Origin: an uncultured Verrucomicrobiae bacterium
GTDB taxonomy: Bacteria > Verrucomicrobiota > Verrucomicrobiia > Chthoniobacterales > JAFAMB01
Length of the DNA stretch: 64,000 nt
Reading direction: 5' to 3'
NCBI GenBank assembly: GCA_963762565.1
Contig: CAVXLD010000010.1
Span: forward strand, 477,514-541,513
Shown here: piece by piece, positions 23,089 to 33,696 of the stretch
Position numbering within the stretch: the stretch's first letter is position 1
Layout of the letters: each line of letters begins with the position of its first letter
Notes under the pieces: model-generated
Seen by the model: the letters and a program-made list of their open reading frames with translations, nothing else
Told to the model about the DNA's origin: nothing
Databases searched by the model: none
Made by a program: the position numbers and the translations under genes

Positions 23089-23306
23089 TTGGTAGGGCGA
23101 GGCTCCCGAATGACGATTTACATTCGCAGGGCTCCTAAACGGTCACAACAACATCATAAGCAACGCCGACCGCTCGCCGAGCCGGACCCAGCGCGAAACC
23201 GGGGGGCAACGGCTCGGCAGGCTAGCGACCTATTGTGCTAAGGATCAGGAACCGCTGTGGGCTTCGGAAAGAGCGCTAGATTATTCCGGAGCCTCGCCAT
23301 CTACCA
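23089..23306. repeat. GTAG-type REP doublet with ~68-nt unique segment in each arm (copy 2)
   Basis: Same conserved modules as 20382-20595, different intervening sequence. Confidence 0.88.
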
Positions 23307-23326
23307 CCGATCGCACCAGGTACGAC

Positions 23327-25849
23327 ATGGACATTGCATTACCCATTTTCGAGCTCGAGGACAAGATTGTCGAAACCCTGGCCGAAACACCTCGCTTGAT
23401 CTTGCAAGCGCCTACCGGCTCCGGCAAATCGACTCAGGTGCCCCAGATCTTGCTCGACCACGGTTTGGCTGGGCACGGCCAAATTGTCGTGCTTCAGCCG
23501 AGACGCTTGCCGACCCGTTTACTGGCGGCTCGAATCGCGCAAGAACGTGATGCGGTTTTGGGCGAAGAAGTCGGGTACCAGATCCGTTTGGATAATGTCA
23601 CTTCTTCAGCAACGCGGATCCGTTTTGTTACCGAAGGGGTCTTACTGCGTCAAATGGTGAGCAACCCCCGGCTAGCCGGAATCTCGGTCATCATTTTTGA
23701 CGAGTTTCATGAACGCCATCTTTATAGCGATATTGCTTTGGCCCGGGCTCTTGAGATCCAGGAGACCGATCGCCCGGATCTAAAGCTGGTTGTGATGTCG
23801 GCGACGCTCGATACCGCACAACTGCAAACCTATCTGAATCCCACCACAGTACTTACCTCAGTCGGACGCACGTTCCCGGTTGAGATTGAATACCTGAAAA
23901 GACAAGTGGTTGACGAACCGCCATGGGAATTAGCGGTCGACGCTCTCCATCAAGCCGGCCAGGACGACGGTGACGTGCTTATCTTCATGCCGGGAGCCTA
24001 CGAGATAGCTCGTACCATCGAGGAAATTAAACGCTCTCGATTCGACGGCGTTGTATTACCGCTGCACGGCGATTTATCGCCTCGGTCGCAGGACGCGGCG
24101 GTTGCCACGTACGACAAACGGAAAATCGTTGTTTCAACCAATGTCGCTGAGACCTCGCTCACCATCGACGGTGTTACTCTCGTCATCGATAGCGGTTTAG
24201 CGAAAATCGCGAAGTACGATCCCCATCGCGGAATCAACACCTTGATTCCGGAGAAAATCAGCCGGGCATCGGCGGACCAACGAGCTGGCCGAGCCGGCAG
24301 AACTGCTCCAGGGCGCTGCATTCGCCTCTGGTCAGAACGAGATCATTTGAACCGGCGACCACAGGATTTGCCGGAGGTAAAGCGCCTGGACTTAGCCGAA
24401 GTCATGCTGAATCTGAAGGCAGCCGGTGTATCGGACATCAATCGGTTCCGGTGGCTTGAGCGCCCCGATGCTCGATCGCTGGCCCGAGCAATCGAATTAC
24501 TCGCTGATTTAGGCGCGATTGACAGGCACACGGAAGAAATCACCAGTTTAGGCAACCGGATGCTTTCGTTTCCGGTACATCCGCGCTATTCCCGCATGCT
24601 GTTGATGGCTAACGAGCTTGGGTGCGTATCGACGATCGCCCTGATCGCAGCGCTCACCCAGGAACGGTACCTTTTGCGCCGGGCAGAAAACAAACAGATG
24701 GAGCACGACCGTGAGCTTCTATTGGGCGGCGAAGCGGAATCGGATTTTTTCGTGTTGATACGCGCATGGCTCTACGCGAACCAACATGGCGCCGAACAAG
24801 CCAGACGCCTCGGGATCCGCTATTCGGTCTCTCAACAGGTCAGACGCCTGTTCGATCAATTTCTCGATATCGCGAAGGCCGAGGGGTTAGACATTTCCAG
24901 GCCGCCAAACGATTTCAACGCGGAATCGCTTGGTAAATGCTTGCTGGTCGGCTTCTCGGATCACCTAAGCCGGCGGGTCGACGCAGGCACGCTACGATGC
25001 GACCTGGTGCACGAGCGCCGCGGAGTTCTCGCTCGGGAAAGCGTCGTTCAAAAGAGTCCGCTTTTTGTCGCGGCGGAGATTCGGGAAATACAAGGTAGAG
25101 ACGAAGAGCTTTTAATCTTGCTATCGCTCGCAACCGCCGTGCGAGAAGAATGGTTACGCGAACTCTATCCTGAGGATTTTCAGGAAACTCGCGCGGAGTA
25201 TTACGACCCGGCTTTACGTCGAGTAGTGGGCCGCACCGACCAGATCTTCCGCGACTTGGTCCTACACAGTCGTAAGAGCGACCCTCGCGGCGACGACCTG
25301 ACTTCATCGACCCTCGCCGCGGAGGTGATCAACGGTCGTTGCCCATTGGACCATTGGGATCATGAGGTCGAGCAGTGGATAACGCGGGTCAATTGCCTGC
25401 ACGATTGGTGTCCGGAATTGGAGGTGCCAGAGATTGATCAGGAAGCTCGGAACTATTTGATCACCCAGATTTGCGAGGGCGCCACCGGTTATCGCGAAAT
25501 CAAGGAACGTCCGGTATGGCCCGTGCTCAAAGCATGGCTGCCGCCCTCAAAACTGCCGTTGGTCGATCGTTTGGCGCCGGCCCGATTCGAGCTTCCCGGT
25601 GGCAAACGCCTCAAGCTCTCATATACACGAGGTCAACCGCCAGTTTTGTCAGCCCGAATCCAAGACCTATACGGTGTGGAACAATCTCTCAAAGTGTGCG
25701 CTGGACGAATCTCGGTGCTCATTCATGTACTAGCTCCAAACAATCGCCCCATTCAGATTACGCAGGAGCTAACCACCTTTTGGCGCGAAGCCTATCCGAA
25801 GCTCAAGCTGGAGCTTCAGCGGAAATATCCAAAACATGAATGGCGCTAG
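23327..25849 (+). CDS. hrpB: ATP-dependent RNA helicase HrpB
   Basis: APTGSGKST, DEFHER, MSAT, STNVAETS, QRAGRAGR, terminal KYPKHEW. Confidence 0.95.
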   Translation: MDIALPIFELEDKIVETLAETPRLILQAPTGSGKSTQVPQILLDHGLAGHGQIVVLQPRRLPTRLLAARIAQERDAVLGEEVGYQIRLDNVTSSATRIRFVTEGVLLRQMVSNPRLAGISVIIFDEFHERHLYSDIALARALEIQETDRPDLKLVVMSATLDTAQLQTYLNPTTVLTSVGRTFPVEIEYLKRQVVDEPPWELAVDALHQAGQDDGDVLIFMPGAYEIARTIEEIKRSRFDGVVLPLHGDLSPRSQDAAVATYDKRKIVVSTNVAETSLTIDGVTLVIDSGLAKIAKYDPHRGINTLIPEKISRASADQRAGRAGRTAPGRCIRLWSERDHLNRRPQDLPEVKRLDLAEVMLNLKAAGVSDINRFRWLERPDARSLARAIELLADLGAIDRHTEEITSLGNRMLSFPVHPRYSRMLLMANELGCVSTIALIAALTQERYLLRRAENKQMEHDRELLLGGEAESDFFVLIRAWLYANQHGAEQARRLGIRYSVSQQVRRLFDQFLDIAKAEGLDISRPPNDFNAESLGKCLLVGFSDHLSRRVDAGTLRCDLVHERRGVLARESVVQKSPLFVAAEIREIQGRDEELLILLSLATAVREEWLRELYPEDFQETRAEYYDPALRRVVGRTDQIFRDLVLHSRKSDPRGDDLTSSTLAAEVINGRCPLDHWDHEVEQWITRVNCLHDWCPELEVPEIDQEARNYLITQICEGATGYREIKERPVWPVLKAWLPPSKLPLVDRLAPARFELPGGKRLKLSYTRGQPPVLSARIQDLYGVEQSLKVCAGRISVLIHVLAPNNRPIQITQELTTFWREAYPKLKLELQRKYPKHEWR

Positions 25850-25875
25850 CCCGCTGCCGTCATAGGCAGCGCGCT

Positions 25876-25974
25876 ATGACAAATGACAAATTACAAATGA
25901 CAGATTTTCTCGGACAAGCGCGACAGACCGACGCCAAATTTGTCATCTGTCATCTGTCATCTGTCATCTGTCAT
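25876..25974. repeat. Inverted heptamer arrays (ATGACAR)n / (YTGTCAT)n
   Basis: Four and five units between convergent genes. Confidence 0.9.
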
Positions 25975-25995
25975 TCAAAATGATGCTATGACGCA

Positions 25996-26841
25996 TCATT
26001 TTGAGTCCTCGTTCCACGGCTGGTTGGCCTGATAATAAACTAAGCGCCTTTGAAACTGTGGGATGTCATCCTGCTCTCCGTTAAGCATCGCTTTCCCTTC
26101 CCAACGCTGGGCTGAAGCGAAATCGCCCTGCGAAGCACACGCCGCCGCCAAAACGTCCAAAATCGTGGCATCTTTTTCGCGGGCCAGTTTCGAGGCTTCA
26201 GTTGCTAGCTGCATCGCTGCTGCCGGGTTGTGGATCTTTGGATCTTTCGTGGTGGCGTACAACCATGCGGCCCCGGCCCGGCTGTAGGGATCTTTCGGGT
26301 CGGTTTTCGCCGCCTCGATAAAGGTATTGAGGGCTCCAGCTTTATCGCCCAGCCGGCTTTGAGCGTTTGCTTTTAGAATCTGAAGCTGACAAAGATTCAG
26401 ACGGTTGGCATCACCGTTGTTGGTCTGCAAAGCGTGGTCTACCGCGTCGATCACATCCTTGTGCCGGTTCAGGTTCGCGGCGGCGGCCGCTCGCGCCGCG
26501 TATAGCCACCAACGTTCCGGATGCTGTTTTACCGCCTTCGTAGCAAAGTTGTAGGCGTCTTTCCAAAGCCCGTTTTCGCAAAACACTCCGAACTCGCTCG
26601 CTTCTGCTTTTTCCTCAGGCGTGAATTTGTGGCCCGGCGGAAAAATTTCGTCGAAGCTTTGTGGCGGAGCAGGCCCCTGACCTCTCCGGGCGATCCGATG
26701 CCTCGACAACCGGTGCATCTTCCCCGCTTGGCTTTTCTTGGTTGATTTTTGAGTGCTTGACGAAGCTGAGACCTGCGAGACTCCGCTCAGCAGCCATATC
26801 ATCAGCAAAAAAATTCCTGTAGTTCTAAAAACAAATCTCAC
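25996..26841 (-). CDS. Secreted TPR-repeat protein
   Basis: Signal peptide, TPR helices, AWLYAT..ILDVLAAA..GDFASA. Confidence 0.75.
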   Translation of the reverse strand: MRFVFRTTGIFLLMIWLLSGVSQVSASSSTQKSTKKSQAGKMHRLSRHRIARRGQGPAPPQSFDEIFPPGHKFTPEEKAEASEFGVFCENGLWKDAYNFATKAVKQHPERWWLYAARAAAAANLNRHKDVIDAVDHALQTNNGDANRLNLCQLQILKANAQSRLGDKAGALNTFIEAAKTDPKDPYSRAGAAWLYATTKDPKIHNPAAAMQLATEASKLAREKDATILDVLAAACASQGDFASAQRWEGKAMLNGEQDDIPQFQRRLVYYQANQPWNEDSK

Positions 26842-27051
26842 TTTTCCTTGCTCTGAATCCCCTAACCTCTGTACCGGATCTCACGCTTTTACAACCTGCC
26901 TTTGAGAAACCTTCGTCGTGTCTCTAGTCGTCTCTCTAATTCGTCTCCCTATTTAGCTAGAGGTCCGAGAACCTGCAGTAGACCAATGTCGGCGTCACGA
27001 TTTTTTGGTTTTTTCTTTTTTAACCTGCATATTGTATCAAATCTCCTCACT

Positions 27052-28044
27052 ATGATTGCGGGAACTTCAAGCCGCGATATAACGGTCCAGGACCGTCTCC
27101 GCGGTGCAGTATGGGGCCAATTTGTCGGTGACGCCTCCGCCTTAGGTGCGCATTGGATTTACGATCTGCGAGAGCTGTCTGCAAAATTTCCCGGCGGAGT
27201 CGTCGGTTTCGAGACCCCTCAGCCCGGGCATTATCACGAAGGACGGAAACCAGGTGACCAAACCCATTATGGTGACGGCGCTTTGGTCCTCCTCGAATCG
27301 ATAGCCGAGGTTGGAGGATTCGATGCTCGTGCCTTCGGGAAACGCTTTGTGGACACCTTCGGGTCACCTAATTATCGAGGTTACCTCGACCACGCGACCA
27401 AGGGCACTTTAGAGAATTATCGGCGGTTCTGCGAAAGCAACCCTCCCGACCGTTTTGATTTCCAACAGGGCGCTAACGACGACGAACTGGCCGGCGGCTC
27501 GCGCCTCGCCAGCTTGGTGGCCCGCTACTGGCGGGAACCCAACTTACCTGACCTAGTGGAAGTGGCGACCAAAGTTTGTCAGAACACGCCAAGGGCAATC
27601 GGGTACATGAAATTTCACGGTTTATTCTTGGTCGAGCTTCTGTTTGGACGGGATATTCATCGAGCGCTAAACAACGCTCAAGTGAGGCTCGATTTCGTGG
27701 CTCCCGAACTCGGCCCCGAAATCCGGCACAAAATCCAACAGGCACTAGGCGAAACGTTCGAGGAGGTAACGGAAGCGACCTTGACCTTCGGACAATCCTG
27801 TCCGCTACCTAATAGCTTTCCATCCGCTCTTCATGCGTTCCTAAAGCACAGTGACGATTTCGAAACGGCGATCTTAGCGACTCTGCGAGCCGGCGGAGAC
27901 AACGCTGGACGAGGCTCTATGCTTGGCGCTTGGCTAGGCGCGCATTTGGGCATGGACGCTATCCCAAAGGATTGGCGCACCAAGCTGACGGCCGAGTCAC
28001 GCATCTCCGCGGCACTTGACCGGATTTTGCTAGACGAAAGCTAG
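27052..28044 (+). CDS. ADP-ribosylglycohydrolase family protein
   Basis: GAVWGQFVGDA, GDQTHYGD, AGGDNAGRGSMLGAWLGA. Confidence 0.85.
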   Translation: MIAGTSSRDITVQDRLRGAVWGQFVGDASALGAHWIYDLRELSAKFPGGVVGFETPQPGHYHEGRKPGDQTHYGDGALVLLESIAEVGGFDARAFGKRFVDTFGSPNYRGYLDHATKGTLENYRRFCESNPPDRFDFQQGANDDELAGGSRLASLVARYWREPNLPDLVEVATKVCQNTPRAIGYMKFHGLFLVELLFGRDIHRALNNAQVRLDFVAPELGPEIRHKIQQALGETFEEVTEATLTFGQSCPLPNSFPSALHAFLKHSDDFETAILATLRAGGDNAGRGSMLGAWLGAHLGMDAIPKDWRTKLTAESRISAALDRILLDES

Positions 28045-28057
28045 TAGCAGCGAGACC

Positions 28058-28233
28058 GGAAGGTGAGAAGTGAGAAGTGATTGGTGAGAAGTGAGAAGCG
28101 ACCGCTGCGTCGTTGATTGCCGAGAACTTGGCGCCGGTGACCTATAAGTCCTACAGGTCGCATCAAGTCCTATTCGTGATGCGTCTCCCACGGCCACCAC
28201 CTCTCACCTCTCACCAATCACTTCTCACCTTCC
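28058..28233. repeat. Inverted heptamer arrays (GTGAGAA)n / (TCTCACY)n
   Basis: Arms 28058-28098 and 28198-28233, both with the GTGATTG variant unit. Confidence 0.9.
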
Positions 28234-29445
28234 CTACTTACCTCGCCTGCCAAACGAATACCCTCGGCTGGTCCGGTACCCTTTAACCGGTTTTAGCGTC
28301 TGTTTGGCTTCATCAAACAGGGCAGTATAGACGTACGGAAAACCCGTTAACCTGACCCGAGGTACCCTTTGGTCGATGAGACGCTCGATATCGAGCATGG
28401 CTTTCAACTCCTCGGCTGTGACCAAAGTAAAGGCGTCTCCGGCTTGTTCAGCTCGGCCCGTACGCCCGATCCGATGCACGTAATCTTCCGGGTGAAGCGG
28501 GATGTCGTAGTTGACTACGTGAGTAACTCCCGCGATATCGAGCCCTCGCGCAGCGATATCCGTTGCTACCAAGACTTCGTATGTTCCCTTTTTGAACCCC
28601 TCCAGCGCTGCAATCCGTTCCCGCTGGTTCCGGTCCGAGTGGAGCACCGTTACCGAATGTTTCAGCGTTTTTAATCGATCCGAAATTTCATCCGCCGCCT
28701 GTTTCGTGCGCGTAAAAACAATCACGCTTTCGTAATGCGTTTGCTCTAGGAGCTGAACCAGGAGGTCAAATTTTTGGGCAGCCGCAACGGGATAGAACGC
28801 ATGGGTAACTGTTTCCGCCGCCGCTCTTCTTACGCCGATATCGATCACGACTGGATTCTGCAAGACCCAAGACGCCAAGCCATCGATCTCAGGTGGGATC
28901 GTTGCCGAGAACAAAAGCGTTTGCCGCTGTTTGGGGCAGAGCTCGACGATCCTCCGTACATCCGGCAAAAACCCCATATCCAGCATCCGATCGACCTCAT
29001 CCAGGACCAGGATCTCTATCGATCGCAAATTCATCGAACCTCTCTGCTGCAAGTCCAGCAACCGGCCCGGCGTAGCGATGATTACGTCAACCCCGAACTC
29101 CAGCAACTTCTTCTGTCGTTCGTAGCCGACGCCGCCATAAAAAACTCCGATTTCGGCCTCCGAAAATCGGCCGTAATACTGGAATGCATCTTCGACCTGC
29201 AGCGCAAGTTCGCGCGTCGGTTCTAATACCAGACATCGCGGACCTTTCCTCGAACCGAGCAAAGTCAGGATTGGTAAGGCAAAGGCGGCCGTCTTGCCGG
29301 TGCCGGTTTGAGCCGATCCAATCAAGTCCTTTTTGTCGAGGATCAGAGGAATGCATTGCTCCTGAATTGGCGTTGGTTCGACATAGCCGAGTGACTGCAC
29401 TCCGTGCAACACGGCGTCTGATAGGCCTAAATTCTGAAAGCTCAT
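28234..29445 (-). CDS. DEAD-box RNA helicase (RhlE-like)
   Basis: Q motif, AQTGTGKT, PTRELA, DEVD, SAT, HRIGRTGR. Confidence 0.93.
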   Translation of the reverse strand: MSFQNLGLSDAVLHGVQSLGYVEPTPIQEQCIPLILDKKDLIGSAQTGTGKTAAFALPILTLLGSRKGPRCLVLEPTRELALQVEDAFQYYGRFSEAEIGVFYGGVGYERQKKLLEFGVDVIIATPGRLLDLQQRGSMNLRSIEILVLDEVDRMLDMGFLPDVRRIVELCPKQRQTLLFSATIPPEIDGLASWVLQNPVVIDIGVRRAAAETVTHAFYPVAAAQKFDLLVQLLEQTHYESVIVFTRTKQAADEISDRLKTLKHSVTVLHSDRNQRERIAALEGFKKGTYEVLVATDIAARGLDIAGVTHVVNYDIPLHPEDYVHRIGRTGRAEQAGDAFTLVTAEELKAMLDIERLIDQRVPRVRLTGFPYVYTALFDEAKQTLKPVKGYRTSRGYSFGRRGK

Positions 29446-29517
29446 TCCGGGCCTGAACTATCAGGCATCCTCCTGAAATCGCAAATTATAGCCGGAAAGG
29501 GGGGGCAGCGTGTCGGC

Positions 29518-29745
29518 GTATGGGCGAAACGGCGAAGGGCGTATGGGCGAAACGGCGAAGGGGCGAATGGGCGAACCACACGCACGGAGCGGCTCAAAAC
29601 CGGCGCGCAGAGCCACCGCCAGCGAACAATATCCTGGGCGCGCCGAGTTTTTCGCCCTACCAATCCTGGCCAAAATCGCCCTTTCGCCCCATCTCTGCAT
29701 CGCCCCTTCGCCGTTTCGCCGTTTCGCCCATTCGCCGTTTCGCCT
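29518..29745. repeat. Inverted octamer arrays (GGCGAAAC/GGCGWATG)n / (TTCGCCGT)n enclosing a GGTAGGGCG-family arm
   Basis: Arms about 29518-29576 and 29676-29745. Confidence 0.85.
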
Positions 29746-29791
29746 CCCACACGCCTTTGCTTTCCCGTCTCCTTCACGGTATTCCAGGGAA

Positions 29792-30226
29792 GTGACAAAA
29801 AAGGTCCTATTCATCTGCACTGGAAACTTTTACCGGAGCCGTTTTGCCGAGGCCGTCTTCAATTTCCACGCCGATCAACGGAAACTTCCCTGGCACGCCT
29901 ATTCACGCGGGCTGGCTATCCATTGGGCCGACGGTTTCTTGTCTCCGTTTACGGAGGCTGCATTATCCGAGCGCCGGATCCCGATCAGCTACACAGGTCT
30001 CGGTCGCATACAGCTCACAGAGAAGGACTTAGAATCTGCCGACCTTCGTATCGCCTTGGATCGCGCAGAGCACCTTCAGATGATGGAAGAACAGTTCCCA
30101 AACTGGACCCAACGGATTCAATACTGGGAAGTTCCAGATATGCCCGGGGCTCTACCCGCAGTAGCCTTGCCATCGATCGAGAGCCAGATTCTTCACCTTT
30201 TAGATCACCTGCCACATGCCGCCTGA
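29792..30226 (+). CDS. Low-molecular-weight protein tyrosine phosphatase/ArsC family protein
   Basis: VLFICTGNFYRSRFAE P-loop; GTG start inferred. Confidence 0.85.
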   Translation: MTKKVLFICTGNFYRSRFAEAVFNFHADQRKLPWHAYSRGLAIHWADGFLSPFTEAALSERRIPISYTGLGRIQLTEKDLESADLRIALDRAEHLQMMEEQFPNWTQRIQYWEVPDMPGALPAVALPSIESQILHLLDHLPHAA

Positions 30227-31100
30227 GTTCAATCTGCCCGGTATTCAAAAGATCGGCAGCGGTAAAGTAAGAGAGATTTTCGACGCCGGTGACCATGCCG
30301 TCATCGTTTCCACTGATCGCATCTCCGCGTTTGATTCCATTCTGCCAGAGCTGATCCCGGGAAAAGGGATCGTCCTGAACCAGCTTTCGGCTCATTGGTT
30401 CCGCAAGTTCTCGGATACAGCTAACCACTTTGTTTCGACTGCTATCGAAGAATTTCCGGGAGAATTCCAACGGTACTCAGGCGAACTAGCCGGCCGTTCC
30501 ATGCTAGTCCGAAAAGCCCGCCCATTGCCGGTGGAATGCGTCGTTCGCGGATACTTAGCGGGATCAGGTTGGAAGGAATATCAAGAGTCCGGGCAGGTGA
30601 ACGGCCAACCTTTGCCGGCAGGCCTGCGGCTCGCTTCTCGCCTCCCTGAGGTGATGTTCACACCCTCTACGAAGGCACACGCTGGCCACGACGAACCCAT
30701 TTCCTGGACTCAATTCTCTGACTTGGTAGGTCCCCAATTGGCCGGACCAATTCGCGACACAAGTCTCTCGTTGTTTATTGAGGGGAGCCAGTTTGCGTAT
30801 GACCGCGGCATCATCGTGGCCGACACCAAGTTCGAATTTGGGGTCATCGACGATCAGTTGCTCCTGATCGACGAATGTCTGACTCCGGATTCGTCCCGGT
30901 TCTGGCCCGTTGCCGGCTATCAGGAAGGCATTAGTCCGCCAAGCTTTGACAAACAATTCGTGCGCGACTATCTGGAGTCTGTCGACTGGAATAAACAACC
31001 GCCCGCCCCGCATCTACCTGCTGAGGTAGTGGAAAAAACCGCTCAAAAGTACCAGGACGCCTTGGTAAGATTAACGGGTTACCGGTTGGCCTCTCGTTAG
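30216..31100 (+). CDS. purC: SAICAR synthase
   Basis: GKVREIF, TDRISAFD, ECVVRGYL, DTKFEFG, DECLTPDSSRFW. Confidence 0.97.
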   Translation: MPPEFNLPGIQKIGSGKVREIFDAGDHAVIVSTDRISAFDSILPELIPGKGIVLNQLSAHWFRKFSDTANHFVSTAIEEFPGEFQRYSGELAGRSMLVRKARPLPVECVVRGYLAGSGWKEYQESGQVNGQPLPAGLRLASRLPEVMFTPSTKAHAGHDEPISWTQFSDLVGPQLAGPIRDTSLSLFIEGSQFAYDRGIIVADTKFEFGVIDDQLLLIDECLTPDSSRFWPVAGYQEGISPPSFDKQFVRDYLESVDWNKQPPAPHLPAEVVEKTAQKYQDALVRLTGYRLASR

Positions 31101-31132
31101 TGTCCTGTCCCATAAATATTATCGTTTGAGTC

Positions 31133-32041
31133 ATGATCGATCTGGAAAAGCATTTGCCTAAAAAGTGTGGATTTGATCCTAAAAAAGTTGTTGTCACCCC
31201 GGGTCAAACCGTTGCTCTAGCCAAGGACTTCGAGACCGATTACACCGGCACCTACAAAGACAAGAAGGACGCAGAAGCCGATCTGGAGACCAATGTACAA
31301 CGTCTCGCGGACCAGCAGGACCTCTTATATGCGAGCGACACCTACGCGCTATTAATCCTATTTCAGGCGCTCGATGCCGCCGGCAAAGACGGCACCATTA
31401 AACACGTCATGTCGGGCGTTAATCCGCAAGGCTGTCGCGTTCAGAGCTTCAAGTCGCCCTCGGCCGAAGAGCTCGATCATGATTACATGTGGAGAACAAC
31501 CCGCGCCCTCCCTCGCCGCGGCCAGATCGGGATCTTCAACCGTTCATACTATGAGGAACTCTTAATCACTCGAGTCCATCCTGAGATCCTCGCGCAGCAA
31601 CATTTACCGCCAAAGGTCGATAAGAAAAATATCTGGAAACAAAGATTCGAGGATATCAACAACTTCGAGCGCTACCTTACAAATAACGGAACTGTCATCC
31701 TGAAGTTCTTTTTGAATCTTTCCAAAGCCGAACAAAAGAGGCGCTTTCTCAAACGGATTGAAGAAAAAGAGAAGAATTGGAAATTTTCAGCGCCCGACAT
31801 TCGAGAGCGACAGTTTTGGCCTCAGTACATCAACGCCTACGAACAAGTCTTCACCCATACGAGCACTCCCTGGGCGCCTTGGTTCGTTATCCCGGCCGAT
31901 CACAAATGGTTTACCCGGCTGTGTGTTTCGCAAGTCATTGTGGCCGCTCTCAAATCCTTGGATCTCCACTATCCGACTGTCCCGGCCGCTAAGGCGCAAG
32001 AGCTGGAGAAGGCGAAACAAGAACTTCTCAGCGAGAAGTAG
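31133..32041 (+). CDS. Polyphosphate kinase 2 family protein
   Basis: DAAGKDG, FNRSYYE, PWFVIPADHKW. Confidence 0.93.
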   Translation: MIDLEKHLPKKCGFDPKKVVVTPGQTVALAKDFETDYTGTYKDKKDAEADLETNVQRLADQQDLLYASDTYALLILFQALDAAGKDGTIKHVMSGVNPQGCRVQSFKSPSAEELDHDYMWRTTRALPRRGQIGIFNRSYYEELLITRVHPEILAQQHLPPKVDKKNIWKQRFEDINNFERYLTNNGTVILKFFLNLSKAEQKRRFLKRIEEKEKNWKFSAPDIRERQFWPQYINAYEQVFTHTSTPWAPWFVIPADHKWFTRLCVSQVIVAALKSLDLHYPTVPAAKAQELEKAKQELLSEK

Positions 32042-32163
32042 ACAGGAGGGATAGCTGCGCCTCGACTGAGCTCGCCGAAATCCTGTCCGCCATAGCTTTT
32101 CATGCCGATTATGAACTTGCGCATGATTTGGCGACGGCGGATCCTCACGATCCGTCGTTTTAA

Positions 32164-33318
32164 ATGCATTTTGAAGTTCTCTGTACTGACATCGTAACCC
32201 GAGCCCGCCGCGGTCGCTTGAAAACTGCTCACGGGGTCATCGAAACGCCGGTATTTATGCCGGTAGGAACCCAAGGAACAGTCAAAGCGACCACTCCAAC
32301 CGAGTTGTTAGAGGTGGGTGCTCAAGTAATCCTGGGAAACACCTATCACCTCTTTTTACGGCCTGGTCTCGAGGTCATTCAGCATTCCGGTGGATTACAC
32401 AAGTTCATGAGCTGGGACCGTCCGATCCTAACCGATAGCGGAGGGTTTCAGGTCTTTTCGCTCTCCAAATTACGGCGCATCACCGAAGAAGGGGTACATT
32501 TCAATAGCCATATCGACGGTTCGCCCTGCTTCCTCAGTCCAGAGGTCTCCATGCAGGTGCAGAAAACGTTGGATTCGGACATCGCAATGGCTTTCGACGA
32601 ATGCCCTCCTTATCCCTGCGAATACGAGTACGCGGCCAGTAGCCTCGATCGAACGCTGCGCTGGGCGCATCGCTGTCGAGCTTGGGCCGACAACCGGCGC
32701 AATAGTAACCCTCTGGTATTCGGCATTGTCCAAGGGGGGATTTATCAAGACCTGAGGGAAAAAAGTGCCCGCGCTTTAGTCAGTCTGGATTTTGACGGCT
32801 ATGCCATTGGCGGCGTGAGTGTTGGCGAGCCGGAGCCGGAGATGATGCGAGCAATCGACAATAGTGAACCATTTCTCCCGCAAGATAAGCCTCGTTACGC
32901 CATGGGGTTAGGCACTCCTCCTCAGCTAGTCGAGATGGTAGCCAGAGGAGTAGATATGTTCGATTGCGTCCTGCCCACGCGCCTGGCGCGTAACGGAACC
33001 GCCTTCAGTGCCACCGGCACAGTTAACCTCAAAAACGCGACTTATCGGACCGATCTTCGCCCAATCGAAGAAGATTGCTCCTGTTCGACCTGCCGTTCAT
33101 TTACCCGGTCCTACATCCGTCATCTGATAAAAGCCGAGGAAATCCTCGGTCTACGCCTGATCACGATCCATAATCTGCATTTTTATCTCAATCTGATGCG
33201 CCACGTCCGCGCCGCCCTGGAAGCCGGAACTTTTGCTCAGTTCCGCGAACACTTTGTGGCCAACTACGCCAAGTACGAGCCCCAGGTGTCGGGACCCGAA
33301 GCGGAAGGTGGCGAATAA
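32164..33318 (+). CDS. tgt: tRNA-guanine transglycosylase
   Basis: TPVFMPVGT, LTDSGGFQ, DCVLPTR, CSCSTC..H zinc site. Confidence 0.97.
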   Translation: MHFEVLCTDIVTRARRGRLKTAHGVIETPVFMPVGTQGTVKATTPTELLEVGAQVILGNTYHLFLRPGLEVIQHSGGLHKFMSWDRPILTDSGGFQVFSLSKLRRITEEGVHFNSHIDGSPCFLSPEVSMQVQKTLDSDIAMAFDECPPYPCEYEYAASSLDRTLRWAHRCRAWADNRRNSNPLVFGIVQGGIYQDLREKSARALVSLDFDGYAIGGVSVGEPEPEMMRAIDNSEPFLPQDKPRYAMGLGTPPQLVEMVARGVDMFDCVLPTRLARNGTAFSATGTVNLKNATYRTDLRPIEEDCSCSTCRSFTRSYIRHLIKAEEILGLRLITIHNLHFYLNLMRHVRAALEAGTFAQFREHFVANYAKYEPQVSGPEAEGGE

Positions 33319-33344
33319 GAACGTGTTAGCCCCCGTGGTCCCCC

Positions 33345-33645
33345 GGAGGCGAGCCGCTTTATCGTACCTGGACACGAACCCGCGCGTTAGCAGTTTGAGG
33401 CGAATCGTCCAAACAACCACTTAGCAGGCGGCTCCCGAGAATTACCCAGCGCGTTCGCTCGCTCCCCGGCCACATCGTTCTCGTCCTCGTTCTCGATAGT
33501 GGTTGAGCGGTTGAACAGGGTACGTGTCGATCTCCCCTTAAATGCATCCTCAACCCGCAGACGCAATTCCGTCATTATTCCATTACTCTAGCACTCTGCT
33601 CGGCCGGATTCGAGGACGAGGACGACGACGAGAACGAGAACGAAG
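33345..33645. repeat. Composite: half copy of the 16218 element plus inverted TCGTYC arrays
   Basis: 33345-33360 and 33424-33452 match 16218/16261; hexamer arms about 33475-33496 and 33610-33643. Confidence 0.75.
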
Positions 33646-33696
33646 CCACATCACACCGCCTGTCTTTTTTCCTGAACGCACGCTAGAGATAGAACC

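Noticed and set aside
29442..29820. ORFs and N-terminal extension of the phosphatase
   Set aside because: Products of the octamer arrays; GTG 29792 fits the family start
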